From NCBI GenBank assembly GCA_965237955.1, contig OZ250169.1, forward strand, positions 6,112,001 to 6,176,000: a stretch of 64,000 nt of DNA, written 5' to 3'. The stretch comes from Candidatus Marinacidobacterales bacterium. GTDB lineage: Bacteria; Acidobacteriota; Vicinamibacteria; Marinacidobacterales; SMYC01. The notes under the pieces are model-generated. The model was not told where the DNA came from and did not search any database. It was given only the letters and a program-made list of their open reading frames with translations. Shown here in pieces: positions 30,523-40,488 of this stretch. The first letter of the stretch is position 1. Each line of letters begins with the position of its first letter. A program made the position numbers and the translations under genes.

Positions 30523-33036
30523 TCACGACTCGCCCGCCGTCGACTCGTTGTCGTCGTCTTTGCTGTCCGCACTTTCCCTTTCTTCTTCCGCGTCTTTCTC
30601 GGCGCTTTTCTCCGGACGCGTCGCCGCGCGCAGGTCGCGCGCCATCTTCGCTAGGCGGCGCTCCACTTTGCCGTAGACCGACCCCACGGGGTATTTTCCG
30701 GCCTGCACGTGGCCGGCAACGGTTCCGGTCAAAAGCTCGATCCCCTCCTCGATTGTCGTGATCGGATAAATCTGGAACTTCCCCTCGGCAACTGCATCGA
30801 CGACATCTTTGCGGAGCATCAAGTCGTCCACGTTCGACGCCGGGATCATCACCCCTTGGGTCCCGGTGAGCCCGGCCGTGGAACAGGTATCGAAGAACCC
30901 TTCGATCTTCTCGTTCACACCACCAATAGCCTGCACTTCACCTTTCTGGTTCACCGAGCCGGTCACCGCGATGTCCTGCCGTAGCGGCAATCCGGAGATG
31001 GCGGACAAGAGCGCGTACAGCTCTGTCGACGAAGCACTATCACCATCGACGCCGCTGTAGCTTTGCTCGAACGCAAGGCTCGCCGATAACGTCATCGGCC
31101 GTCTTTGCCCGAAGCGCGAGCGCAAGTAGCCCGCCAAAATCAACATACCTTTGTTGTGGCTTTTGCCCGAGAGGTCAGATTCGCGCTCGATATTAATGAT
31201 GCCCGCGCGGCCGGTGGCGACCGTGGCCGTGATCTTGGTCGGGCGGCCGAAACGATAGTCACCGAGGTCGTAGACCGACAGCCCATTCACCTGGCCTTCG
31301 CGCGCGCCGCGGCTCGTGATCATGATGATGCCTTCCTCGATCATCTCGGAAATACGAGTCTCGAGGAGGTTGCGCCGTTCGACGCGCTCTTGGATCGTTT
31401 GGTCGATGTGCTCGCTCCGAATGACGGACGCGCTCTCCTTCTCGGCCCAATAGTTGGCTTCGCGAAGCAGATCCGCGATATCGCTGAACCGCGTCGAGAG
31501 CTTGTTCTGCCGTCCGGCAATGCGAACGCCATGTTCCACCACCGCAGCCGCCGCAGATCGATCTAGCGGCCTCAGCCCTTCGGTCTCGGTCGTGCGCGCG
31601 ATGAACGCGCCGTAACGCTCGATCGACTCCGGGGTGCGCTCCATCACGGTGTCGAAGTCCGCCTTGATCTTGAACGTCTTCCGGAAGTCTGGGTCGTGCT
31701 GGTAAAAGATCTGATACGACTGCGGGTCGCCGATGAGCACGACCTTCACGTCGACGTCGATCGGTTCGGGTTTCAAGGCGGTGGCGGTAAACAGATATGC
31801 CGGATCGAAGCCCTGAATATCGACTTTACCGCTCTTGAGTGTGCGCTTGAGCGACTGGTACACGCCGGGCTCGGACAAAACCTCGAGAAACGACAGCACC
31901 AGATAGCCTCCGGCCGCTTTGAGCAAGCTCCCCGCCTTGATCTTGGTGAAATCGGTCTGCGTTTGACCGCTTCGATCCCAGTTGCGCTCGATCGTACCGA
32001 ACAGGTTCTTGTAGGTCGGATGGGTCTCGACGATGATGGGAGCGCCGTCGGTCGCAGAGTTGTCGACGATTAGATTCACACGGTACGGCAGGAAGCGATC
32101 TGCCTGAGCAGCGAGCAGAGCCGCGATTCCGGGCTGACCCGACTGGTCGGGTTTTTGAACGAATTGCTCGAGGTTCTCGAGAACGTCGTGGCGAACGTGC
32201 TCGAGAAATTGGTGCACGCGCTCTCCGGAAAACCGCTCCTTGAGCTCGTCGACGCGAGGGTTGATCATTTCCGCGCCAAAACCGTAGACGAGCGCTTTCA
32301 ATGCTTCCGAGATCTGACGGTCAGTGTCCCGCGCGTGCTTCAACACGTCCTCGAGCTCGTCGGCGAATCCGTCGCGAACTTTGTCGATGCGCTCGTACTC
32401 GTCCCGCTCGATCTCTCCTTCGGCGAGCATTTGCTCGAGCTCTTCACCAGGACGCGGCTTTTTGTCGACGATGGGGGCGAGCTCGGTTTTCGTCATCGGG
32501 CCGAAACGAATCTCGACGAGTACGAAGTTCTCCTTCTTGATGCGCTCCTCGAACTCTTTGATGACGGCGCGCCCCTTTTTGCCTTCTCGTTCGATGAGCT
32601 GCGTTCGCCGTTGCTTGAACTCGTCGGACTCGAGGACGGCGGGCACGGTGCGCTCGAGATACTCGACGAGCGCATTCATTTGCTTCCGTAGCCGCGCGCC
32701 TTCTCCAGGCGGCATGTAGAGCACCGTCGGGCAATCAGGGTCGTCGAAGTTGTGAACGTAGCAGATGTCTTGCGGGACGGTTTCTTTATCCGCGATCCTC
32801 TCGAGGATACTCTTTACCGTCGTTTCCTTCCCGGTACCGGTGAGGCCTTGCACGAGAATGTTGTATCCGCGCGATGGCACGGAAAGACCGATGTGAATCG
32901 CTTTGATCGCTCGGTCCTGTCCAATAATGTCGAATCCGGCGTCGAGCTCTGCCGTCGTCTCGAACGAGAACGATTCGGGCGGGCAACGGTAGCGCAGCTT
33001 GTCGGAAGAAAGCGGTTCTAATTTGGAACTCGGCAC
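30523..33036 (-). CDS. Lon-like S16 protease (LonC/LonB type)
   Basis: IIGQDRA, Walker A GLTGTGK, degenerate Walker B (GGYLVLS), GQVNGL, catalytic DGDSAS and NEKIEG. GTG 33036 with AGGAG RBS. Confidence 0.9.
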   Translation of the reverse strand: MPSSKLEPLSSDKLRYRCPPESFSFETTAELDAGFDIIGQDRAIKAIHIGLSVPSRGYNILVQGLTGTGKETTVKSILERIADKETVPQDICYVHNFDDPDCPTVLYMPPGEGARLRKQMNALVEYLERTVPAVLESDEFKQRRTQLIEREGKKGRAVIKEFEERIKKENFVLVEIRFGPMTKTELAPIVDKKPRPGEELEQMLAEGEIERDEYERIDKVRDGFADELEDVLKHARDTDRQISEALKALVYGFGAEMINPRVDELKERFSGERVHQFLEHVRHDVLENLEQFVQKPDQSGQPGIAALLAAQADRFLPYRVNLIVDNSATDGAPIIVETHPTYKNLFGTIERNWDRSGQTQTDFTKIKAGSLLKAAGGYLVLSFLEVLSEPGVYQSLKRTLKSGKVDIQGFDPAYLFTATALKPEPIDVDVKVVLIGDPQSYQIFYQHDPDFRKTFKIKADFDTVMERTPESIERYGAFIARTTETEGLRPLDRSAAAAVVEHGVRIAGRQNKLSTRFSDIADLLREANYWAEKESASVIRSEHIDQTIQERVERRNLLETRISEMIEEGIIMITSRGAREGQVNGLSVYDLGDYRFGRPTKITATVATGRAGIINIERESDLSGKSHNKGMLILAGYLRSRFGQRRPMTLSASLAFEQSYSGVDGDSASSTELYALLSAISGLPLRQDIAVTGSVNQKGEVQAIGGVNEKIEGFFDTCSTAGLTGTQGVMIPASNVDDLMLRKDVVDAVAEGKFQIYPITTIEEGIELLTGTVAGHVQAGKYPVGSVYGKVERRLAKMARDLRAATRPEKSAEKDAEEERESADSKDDDNESTAGES

Positions 33037-33111
33037 GTTGTCTCCTGAGCCTTTGGTCGCACGGCCACCGGAACGGGCGGAAGGCACGAGAATGATCTAG
33101 CATTCGTAGGC

Positions 33112-34425
33112 ATGGTTTCAAGGGCGTCACCGGCGAGGAGGGCAGTGTTCGAGGTTCTCACCGGTGTGGCGAACCGACGCGGCGAGCCGGCGACTCTCCT
33201 CCACCACGCCCGCCACGATTCCCTCTCGAGCGTCGACCGGGATCTGATGACCGAGATCACCTACGGTGTCCTTCGATGGCGTAACCGGCTGGACTTCGTG
33301 CTCGCCGCTCACAGCAATCGCCCTCTCGAGAAGATCGACGACGTTCCGCTCACCGCGCTCCGCATGGGACTCTACCAGCTTCGTTTCTTGAACCGGGTGC
33401 CAGGACGCGCCGCGGTGGACGAGTCCGTGCGGCTCGCGCACACCTTCGGGGCTTCCTGGGCGGCGTCCTTCGTCAACGCGGTACTCCGGAAAGCGTTAAG
33501 CCAGCCGGACGAGCCGCGGCCTCCACGCAAACGAGACGACCCGCTCGGCTACCTGACCACGACGCTCTCACACCCAAAGTGGCTCGCGCGACGATACCTC
33601 GACCGCCTCGGGATCGAAGATGCAGAAGCCCGTTGTCGATGTCAGAACGAACCGCCCCCCGTGCACGTTCGCGTGTCACCGCCGCTTTTGGTCGAGGATG
33701 CGCGCGCATCGCTCGAAGCAGACGGCGTGATGAGCGAGTCGGTCTCGCTCGCGCCAAAAGCGCTGCGCGTTTCTGGCGGCGAGCTCCGAGAGAGCTCGCT
33801 CTACCGAGGGGGTCAACTCTGCATTCAGGATGCCGGGGCACAGCTGGTGTCGACGCTCCTCGACGTCTCATCGGGCGACGTCGTTCTCGACGTGTGCGCC
33901 GCACCCGGCGGCAAAGCGACGGCTTTGGCGGAGCAGACGTCCGACGGCTATGTGCTGGCACTCGACCGCCGTCACCGCCGCCAAGCTTTGACGCGCGCGC
34001 TCGCCATGCGCCTCGGCACAAAAAACGTGCTGCCGGTAACCGCCGATGGAACCCGGCTGCCGGTTGCGCGAAGTTTCGAACGAATCCTCGTCGACGTGCC
34101 GTGCACGAACCTGGGGACGTTGCGGCGCAATCCAGATATCAAATGGCGGGTCAAGGAGGACGATTTGACGCGCCACCGAGCTTTGCAACGCGAGCTGTTG
34201 ACCGCGGCCGCCGAGAAGCTCGCGCCCGGTGGTCGACTCGTGTACGCAACGTGCTCATCCGAGCCCGAGGAGAACCAGGACGTAGTGGACGCGTTCTTAG
34301 CGGATGAGCCCGGGTTTCGTCTCGTGCCCCCGCCGGTTCTCGCGACCAGCGAAGGCTTTTTCGAAACGCGGCCGGAGCGCGATGATACCGATGCTCACTT
34401 TGCGGCAATCTTGACCCGGGCGTGA
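33112..34425 (+). CDS. rsmB: 16S rRNA m5C967 methyltransferase (Sun)
   Basis: NusB-like N-terminus, DVCAAPGGK, DVPC, YATCS. Confidence 0.93.
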   Translation: MVSRASPARRAVFEVLTGVANRRGEPATLLHHARHDSLSSVDRDLMTEITYGVLRWRNRLDFVLAAHSNRPLEKIDDVPLTALRMGLYQLRFLNRVPGRAAVDESVRLAHTFGASWAASFVNAVLRKALSQPDEPRPPRKRDDPLGYLTTTLSHPKWLARRYLDRLGIEDAEARCRCQNEPPPVHVRVSPPLLVEDARASLEADGVMSESVSLAPKALRVSGGELRESSLYRGGQLCIQDAGAQLVSTLLDVSSGDVVLDVCAAPGGKATALAEQTSDGYVLALDRRHRRQALTRALAMRLGTKNVLPVTADGTRLPVARSFERILVDVPCTNLGTLRRNPDIKWRVKEDDLTRHRALQRELLTAAAEKLAPGGRLVYATCSSEPEENQDVVDAFLADEPGFRLVPPPVLATSEGFFETRPERDDTDAHFAAILTRA

Positions 34426-34450
34426 GGCGGGATCGTCAGGAGATCTCTTG

Positions 34451-34564
34451 CCCTTGCCCCTGCCCATCCCCGCCTCGAACCGGCACGCGAGCTGTCGTTT
34501 TGGCACCGTTTCCGCTTTGGACAGCGATGGCGCAGGTCGGAACGGGGACGGGCAGGGGCAAGGG
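34451..34564. repeat. 22-bp inverted repeat built of hexamers flanking a 70-bp spacer
   Basis: CCCTTGCCCCTGCCCATCCCCG (34451-34472) versus CGGGGACGGGCAGGGGCAAGGG (34543-34564), 21 of 22 complementary. Confidence 0.8.
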
Positions 34565-34590
34565 ATGGACGCCTGAGATAACATAGTGGC

Positions 34591-35436
34591 GTGAGCGGCG
34601 AGAACGAGGCGGGAGAGCGAGTCCTGGAGCGACCAGCCTCGAAAACAGCGCCAAAACAAGGGCGGGGTCGGGCTGCGGGGTCGACGGCGAAAAGCAAGAG
34701 GAAGCGGGTGCGCACCTTTTTCGTGCGCGTGGTCGAGGTTTTAGCGATTGCTGGAGCCCTTCTAGCCACGGCGGTTCTCGCCGCGGCGATCTCGTTCTCG
34801 CTCGCCGTGCGCAGCAACGAGGTCACCGTTCCCGACCTGACCGGCAACAGCCTCGAAGGCGCCCGGGAGACGTTGAGCCTCACCGAGCTTCAACTGGTGC
34901 TCTCGGGCAATCGATTCCACGAGTCGATACCGCCCGATTTCATCGCCATCCAGACACCCGCGCCTGGAGCGACGCTCAAGAAGGGCCGCTCGATTCGCGT
35001 GTGGGTCAGCCTCGGTCGGAAGCGCCGCACGGTTCCGCGGATCGAAGGCGAGACGCTGCAATCCGCCCAGCTGATATTGGAGCAGTCCGGTTTCAGTCTC
35101 GGCCGTGTGGTCGAGATCCACAGCGACATCTACGCACCCGACACCGTCGTCGCCCAAGTCCCCCAAGCCTACGAAGAGGTGGGCGATGAAAGCGTCGTCT
35201 CGGTACTCTTGTCGCGCGGCTATCTCGATAGTGCGTTCGTGATGCCCGATTTCATCGGCCGGGACTACGTCGACCTCCTCCAGCACCTGAGCCGTGGTCC
35301 GCTGAAGGTATCTCGAGTCCGAAACGTCGACTATCCTGGTGTCCCCAAGAACATCGTTGTCCGGCAAACGCCACCGGCGGGCACGAAAGTGTACCGTCGC
35401 GACCGTATTATTCTATATTTGAGCAAAGGCCCCTAA
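34591..35436 (+). CDS. Membrane protein with three PASTA domains
   Basis: TM helix followed by VPDLTG, VPRIEG and MPDFIG units with QxPxxG. Confidence 0.9.
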   Translation: MSGENEAGERVLERPASKTAPKQGRGRAAGSTAKSKRKRVRTFFVRVVEVLAIAGALLATAVLAAAISFSLAVRSNEVTVPDLTGNSLEGARETLSLTELQLVLSGNRFHESIPPDFIAIQTPAPGATLKKGRSIRVWVSLGRKRRTVPRIEGETLQSAQLILEQSGFSLGRVVEIHSDIYAPDTVVAQVPQAYEEVGDESVVSVLLSRGYLDSAFVMPDFIGRDYVDLLQHLSRGPLKVSRVRNVDYPGVPKNIVVRQTPPAGTKVYRRDRIILYLSKGP

Positions 35437-35448
35437 GAGAAAGTCCCC

Positions 35449-36102
35449 ATGCGTATCGCTCCTTCGATCCTGTCCGCGGATTTTTCGAAGCTCGCCTCGG
35501 AAATCGAGCGCGTGGAGGCAGCGGGCGCGGGCCAACTCCACTTGGACGTCATGGACGGACACTACGTGCCGAACCTGACGTTCGGTCCGATGATCGTCGA
35601 GGCGGTGCGGCGTACGACGACGCTCCCGCTCGACGTGCACTTGATGATCGAGCACGCCGACCGCTTTGTGGAGTCGTACGTGGACGCTGGTGCCGACATG
35701 GTCGCCGTCCACCCGGAAACGCTCTACCACCCGCACTTGACGCTCACCTCGATTCGAAAGCGCGGCAAGAAAGCCGGTATCGCGCTGAACCCGGGGACAT
35801 CCCTATCCGCAATCGAAGATCTCCTGCCGATCGTCGACTACGCCATCATCATGTCGGTGAACCCGGGCTGGGGCGGCCAGAAATTTATCGAAGGCAGCTT
35901 CGAACGCGCACGACGGTTGCGGCAACTCGCGGTCGACGCCGGGACGTCGCTCAGCATAGAGATCGACGGCGGCATGAATGCAGAGCGAGTTCCGCAAGCG
36001 GCTGCTGCCGGCATCGACGTCGTCATCGCCGGCTCCGCGGTGTTCAAGGCGGACGATCCGGCCGCCGTCATTTCCGACATGCTCCAAGCCGCATCCGTCT
36101 GA
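35449..36102 (+). CDS. rpe: Ribulose-phosphate 3-epimerase
   Basis: IAPSILSADF, HLDVMDG, DVHLMI, MSVNPG, IDGG. Confidence 0.97.
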   Translation: MRIAPSILSADFSKLASEIERVEAAGAGQLHLDVMDGHYVPNLTFGPMIVEAVRRTTTLPLDVHLMIEHADRFVESYVDAGADMVAVHPETLYHPHLTLTSIRKRGKKAGIALNPGTSLSAIEDLLPIVDYAIIMSVNPGWGGQKFIEGSFERARRLRQLAVDAGTSLSIEIDGGMNAERVPQAAAAGIDVVIAGSAVFKADDPAAVISDMLQAASV

Positions 36103-36110
36103 ACACGACC

Positions 36111-36257
36111 TTGCACGAGACCAGCTGCCGAGTCCGTGTGCGCTACGCTGAAACCGGCGCCATGGGTGTCGTCTACTACTCGACGCTTCATGTCGCGACC
36201 AACGAGAACGGAAAACCTTGCCGCCTTCCCACAAAGCTGACGGAGCTCTTCGAATGA
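36111..36257 (+). pseudogene. Internally deleted YbgC/FadM-type acyl-CoA thioesterase remnant (48 codons)
   Basis: Translates as LHETSCRVRVRYAETGAMGVVYYS|TLHVATNENGKPCRLPTKLTELFE*, the N- and C-terminal motifs of the hot-dog thioesterase fused together. The stop overlaps the next ATG (ATGA). Confidence 0.75.
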
Positions 36258-37189
36258 GATCGCTGGTCACCGGCGTAGCCGGCTTCATTGGCTCTACGCT
36301 CGCGGAGACGCTCGTCGAGCGCGGCGACAGCGTCATCGGTATCGATTCTTTTCTCGACTACTACGATCGCGCCATCAAGGAGCGAAACCTGGAGACGCTT
36401 TTGACGGGCGACAACTTCGAGCTCGTCGAGGGAGCACTCCAGGACGTCGACATTCACGAGATTCTCGGGCGGTGCGACCGCGTGTTCCATCTCGCCGCAC
36501 AGGCGGGGGTACGTGCAAGCTGGGGCACCGAGTTCTCGATCTACACGACGAACAACATTCTTGCGACCCAACGGCTCCTGGAAGCGGCGGTCAAGACCGA
36601 CATCCGAGCGTTCGTGTTCGCGTCGTCATCGTCGGTCTACGGCGACAAGGCGGAGCTTCCCATGCGCGAGGACGTACCACTCCACCCGGTGTCCCCGTAC
36701 GGCGTGAGTAAGCTCGCCGCCGAAAAACTCGTTGAGCTCTACCACGTGAACCACGAGCTGCACACCGCCTCGCTTCGATACTTCACTGTGTACGGACCGC
36801 GTCAGAGACCCGACATGGCGTTCCACCGGCTCCTTTGGAGCGCCTCGACCGATGAGACGTTCCCCCTGTTCGGCGACGGTCGCCAGACCCGCGACTTCAC
36901 GTTCGTCACCGATGCGGTGGCCGCGACCATCGCCGCGGCCGAACGGAGCCGCGCCGGAGCGGTGTACAACATCGGTGGGGGCTCGCGCGTATCCATGCTC
37001 GACGTCATCGAGACGATCGAGTCGGTCACGGGTAAGACACTGCGCATCGATTCAAAGCCGTGGCAAAAAGGTGACATGCGCGATACCTACGCCGACACCA
37101 GCGCCGCCCGGAGCGATTTGGACTACCGCCCGCACACCGCGCTCCGCGACGGCTTGAGCCTCGAGTGGGAGTGGATCCAGAGCCTGTGA
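36254..37189 (+). CDS. NAD-dependent nucleotide-sugar epimerase/dehydratase
   Basis: GVAGFIG, HLAAQAGVR, SSSSVYG, YGVSK, YFTVYGPRQRPDMA. Confidence 0.93.
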   Translation: MRSLVTGVAGFIGSTLAETLVERGDSVIGIDSFLDYYDRAIKERNLETLLTGDNFELVEGALQDVDIHEILGRCDRVFHLAAQAGVRASWGTEFSIYTTNNILATQRLLEAAVKTDIRAFVFASSSSVYGDKAELPMREDVPLHPVSPYGVSKLAAEKLVELYHVNHELHTASLRYFTVYGPRQRPDMAFHRLLWSASTDETFPLFGDGRQTRDFTFVTDAVAATIAAAERSRAGAVYNIGGGSRVSMLDVIETIESVTGKTLRIDSKPWQKGDMRDTYADTSAARSDLDYRPHTALRDGLSLEWEWIQSL

Positions 37190-37222
37190 CGGGCCCTTAC
37201 ACCGAGGAATCCGCGATTGGCG

Positions 37223-37285
37223 TTGCGACGCCTGGCCCGCTCGTCTATTCTGGTGTCCGACCTGGCGTCCGACCTGGTATCCGAA
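37223..37285 (+). promoter_or_regulatory. sigma70-like promoter followed by three 12-bp direct repeats upstream of bamD
   Basis: TTGCGA-N17-TATTCT; CTGGTGTCCGAC / CTGGCGTCCGAC / CTGGTATCCGAA at 37250-37285. Confidence 0.45.
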
Positions 37286-37326
37286 ATGACGCGGGGTTAA
37301 CGGAACGTTCGAACGAAAAAAAACCG

Positions 37327-38130
37327 ATGAAGCCCAGAGTCATGCCGTTCGCCTTGTTGGCTGCATTGCTCGCCCTGAGCATCAGCTGCGGTGGCAAATC
37401 CAACGAGACGATCTCGGCCACCGCACAAGGTGACGAGCGACTCATGGCTCTTGGCCGGCAAGCGCTCGAGAACAAAAAGTGGGACGAAGCGCGCGGCTAC
37501 CTCCAACAACTCCTCGACGGCTATCCCCGCAGCCAACTCGCAGGCGATGCGCGCCTCGGAGTCGCAGACTCCTACTTCAACCAGAGCGGCAGGGGTAATC
37601 TCATCCTCGCGATCGCCGACTACCGGGATTTCCTGACGTTTTTCCCGAACCATCCGCGCGCCGACTACGCGCAGTATCAAATCGCTTCGGGACACTACCG
37701 CCAAGTGCAAAGCCCGGACCGCGACCAGGAACCGACCGAGCTCGCGGTGGAAGAGTTCGAGAAACTCATCGAGCTCTACCGGAACTCACGATACGCCGAG
37801 GAAGGGCGCGTGATTCTAGCGGAGTGCTACGAACTACTCGCTGAGTCCGAGTTCCGCATCGGCGTGTTCTACCTGAAGATCCGGAAACACTGCCGCGCGT
37901 CCATCCCGCGGTTGCAGGCGGTCATCGAGAAGTACCCGACGTTTACGAAAATGGACGAAGTCCACTTTCGGCTAGGCTCCGCCTACCAGTTCTGCCGCCA
38001 GCCGAACGAGGCCCTTCCTCATTTCCGTCAGGTCGTCGACAGTTTTCCTGATAGCGAATATCGCGAGGAGGCGCAGACCATCCTCGCGACGCTCGCCACC
38101 GAGCCGGCTCCCCCCGGCAAAGCGAAGTAA
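37327..38130 (+). CDS. bamD: Outer membrane protein assembly factor BamD
   Basis: Lipobox LSISC, TPRs, FPNHPRADYAQY, DRDQ, EF.IG.FY. Confidence 0.9.
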   Translation: MKPRVMPFALLAALLALSISCGGKSNETISATAQGDERLMALGRQALENKKWDEARGYLQQLLDGYPRSQLAGDARLGVADSYFNQSGRGNLILAIADYRDFLTFFPNHPRADYAQYQIASGHYRQVQSPDRDQEPTELAVEEFEKLIELYRNSRYAEEGRVILAECYELLAESEFRIGVFYLKIRKHCRASIPRLQAVIEKYPTFTKMDEVHFRLGSAYQFCRQPNEALPHFRQVVDSFPDSEYREEAQTILATLATEPAPPGKAK

Positions 38131-38268
38131 GGCCAAATAATCCTCGCGCCAACCCTCAAGTAGCACTTTAACCATTCTCGCAAAAACAGCTTGACACTTG
38201 CGAGATCGAGTTGCTGCAGTATTCATGCATCTTCGTTCCAATTCCATGTGGAGGTACGCCGTGATGAC

Positions 38269-39411
38269 GTGCGCATCTCGGCCGTCTATGGACGTCCGAT
38301 TCCCTTGACCGCCTTCGTGCTTAGCGCCGTTTTTCTTCTGCTAGTGGCCTTCCCGGCCGTTTCCCAGGAGACGGGCAGCGAGATCACGGTGCCCAGTCAC
38401 TGGTCTCGCTACCAAGCCCCGACGAGCTATCCCGAAGGCACCGAGATCCACATTATTGTGGAAGGTGACACGCTCTGGGATCTCGCCGGACGGTATTTCG
38501 AAAATCCTTTTCTGTGGCCCCAGCTTTGGGACGCCAACCGCTACGTCGAGAACCCCCACTTGATCTATCCCGGAGACCCTCTCAGCATTCCAGACCTCGA
38601 CGTCATCCGCCCCGAAGCAATCGCCGCGGGTGAGACCGGGCCGGGTGGCCCGGGAGGTGCTCCGGGCGGAGCTGGCACCGGTCCAGGCGGAGCGCCCGGC
38701 GCTGGACCAGGCGGCTTGCCGGGAACCGGAGCCCAGGGACCGGCCTTCTATCCCGCCTACGAAGAACAGACGATCGCGTGCGCCGGCTACATTGGGCCGC
38801 GAGAAAATGAGGACATGCGTATCGTGGGCAGCGAGGAAGGTGATGTCAAAGTCGCGCTCGCGAGCTCGGATATCGTCTACATCAACAAAGGGACCAACGA
38901 CGGTGTCAGCCCCGGCGACCGTTTCTTCGTCCAGAGGCGAGTTTCTTTCGGCTGGGGACTCAGCGGCGCGCACATCGTCCGCTCCGGCGGGGTCGTTGTC
39001 CTCGCCGCCCAAGAAAACAGCGCGATGGCGGAAGTCACCGCGTCGTGCACCGACATGTGGATCGGCGACTACCTGATACCGTTCGAGCCGATTCCCGTGC
39101 CTTTGCTCCCGAAGCAACCGATCGCCACCAGGTTGACGCCGGAGACCGGACAGATGCGGGGGGAGATCGTCGCTTCGCTCGACGAGATCGGGTCTCTCGC
39201 TGAAGGCTATCTCGTCAGCATCGACCTCGGTGAGGGAGACGGGGTGGTTCCCGGCAACATCTTTACGGTGTTCCGGTACATATACCCCGATGCGCCGCGA
39301 AGAGTTCTCGGCGAGCTCGCCATTCTCACCGTGCAGCGAGACAACGCAACGGCGCGCATCATGGCGAGCTACGACTTCATGGTCGTGGGGGATTTGATCG
39401 AGCTGAAATAA
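38269..39411 (+). CDS. Exported LysM protein (TsaP-like) with Gly/Pro-rich linker
   Basis: GDTLWDLAGRYFENPFLWPQLWDAN...NPHLIYPGD; start approximate. Confidence 0.8.
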   Translation: MRISAVYGRPIPLTAFVLSAVFLLLVAFPAVSQETGSEITVPSHWSRYQAPTSYPEGTEIHIIVEGDTLWDLAGRYFENPFLWPQLWDANRYVENPHLIYPGDPLSIPDLDVIRPEAIAAGETGPGGPGGAPGGAGTGPGGAPGAGPGGLPGTGAQGPAFYPAYEEQTIACAGYIGPRENEDMRIVGSEEGDVKVALASSDIVYINKGTNDGVSPGDRFFVQRRVSFGWGLSGAHIVRSGGVVVLAAQENSAMAEVTASCTDMWIGDYLIPFEPIPVPLLPKQPIATRLTPETGQMRGEIVASLDEIGSLAEGYLVSIDLGEGDGVVPGNIFTVFRYIYPDAPRRVLGELAILTVQRDNATARIMASYDFMVVGDLIELK

Positions 39412-39429
39412 CTCGAAAGCTTGGGGCTC

Positions 39430-39783
39430 TCAGGGGCGCGCTAGCTTCGCCTCGCTCCAGGTGTCGCCTAGATGCACCGACGGACCGTCTTCGGTGACGA
39501 GAACGTCTCCGGGAACGAGCTCTCGCAGCAAACGATCGCCCAACTTGCGAAACTCGGGCGACGACAAACTGAGCCCTACCACTTCCCACGGCGGAAACGC
39601 GGTGAACCGCAGCTCAACGAGCGCCTTCCACTGCGTGCCCGGCCGCGCGTCGAACTCGAGAACATCGACCCATTGAGGGCGCTTCGCTCCGAGCAAGACG
39701 CCCTTCTCTCCGGCGAGCGCGCGCTGGGCGTCCGGGCCTACATAGACTCGAGGGACCGTTTCTACCAAGCGAAACCGCTTCAC
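39430..39783 (-). CDS. Hypothetical protein translationally coupled to pgsA
   Basis: GTG start overlaps the pgsA stop (GTGA); 117 aa; no family recognised. Confidence 0.55.
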   Translation of the reverse strand: MKRFRLVETVPRVYVGPDAQRALAGEKGVLLGAKRPQWVDVLEFDARPGTQWKALVELRFTAFPPWEVVGLSLSSPEFRKLGDRLLRELVPGDVLVTEDGPSVHLGDTWSEAKLARP

Positions 39784-40349
39784 GCCTGACTCTCTGCGGG
39801 AGCGTCCGCGCCCGAGACCTTCTTGTAGAACCGAAGGAAATAGTCGAGCCCCGATACGAGCGCGAGGAGCACGGTGACCCACAGCGCAACGGGTGCGACC
39901 GCGGCCACCGGCCCGAGGAACTTGTCACCGAGGATCAGTAGCAATATCGCAACCACTTGTGTCGCCATTTTGCCCTTTCCGAGCGGACTCGCCGGGATCG
40001 TAATCCCCTTCTCTATCGCCACCATCCTCAGGCCCATCACCGCGAACTCACGCCCGACGATGACGACAACCATCCAAGCCGGTGCCAGTCCCATCTGAAC
40101 GAGGCTGATGAACGCGGCGGAGATGAGCATCTTGTCAGCGACTGGATCCAACATGATGCCGAGCGTCGTAATCTGCTTGCGGCGGCGCGCCAAATACCCG
40201 TCGAGCCAGTCGGTGAGAGCCGCCACCGCGAAAATGGCGGCGCCAATGAGCTCCCAGCGCTCGGTACGCGTCAGCAAGACGACGACGAGAAGAGGCACGA
40301 GAAAGATGCGGCTCAACGTGAGGGTGTTCGGAAGATTGGGGCGCGTCAT
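39780..40349 (-). CDS. pgsA: CDP-diacylglycerol--glycerol-3-phosphate 3-phosphatidyltransferase
   Basis: NLPNTLTLSRI, TDWLDGYLAR...LDPVADK, GREFAV, GKGK. Confidence 0.92.
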   Translation of the reverse strand: MTRPNLPNTLTLSRIFLVPLLVVVLLTRTERWELIGAAIFAVAALTDWLDGYLARRRKQITTLGIMLDPVADKMLISAAFISLVQMGLAPAWMVVVIVGREFAVMGLRMVAIEKGITIPASPLGKGKMATQVVAILLLILGDKFLGPVAAVAPVALWVTVLLALVSGLDYFLRFYKKVSGADAPAESQA

Positions 40350-40488
40350 AAAAAGTCGAAAGTAGATGATAACCCACTTCGACGCCCATCTGCCCCCTAG
40401 CGGGTAGCCGCCGCGCGGACCAACGTATCGCACCCCGCACAAGTGTTTATGCTACGATCCGCCCACTTCGAAGGCGGAAACACACTCG

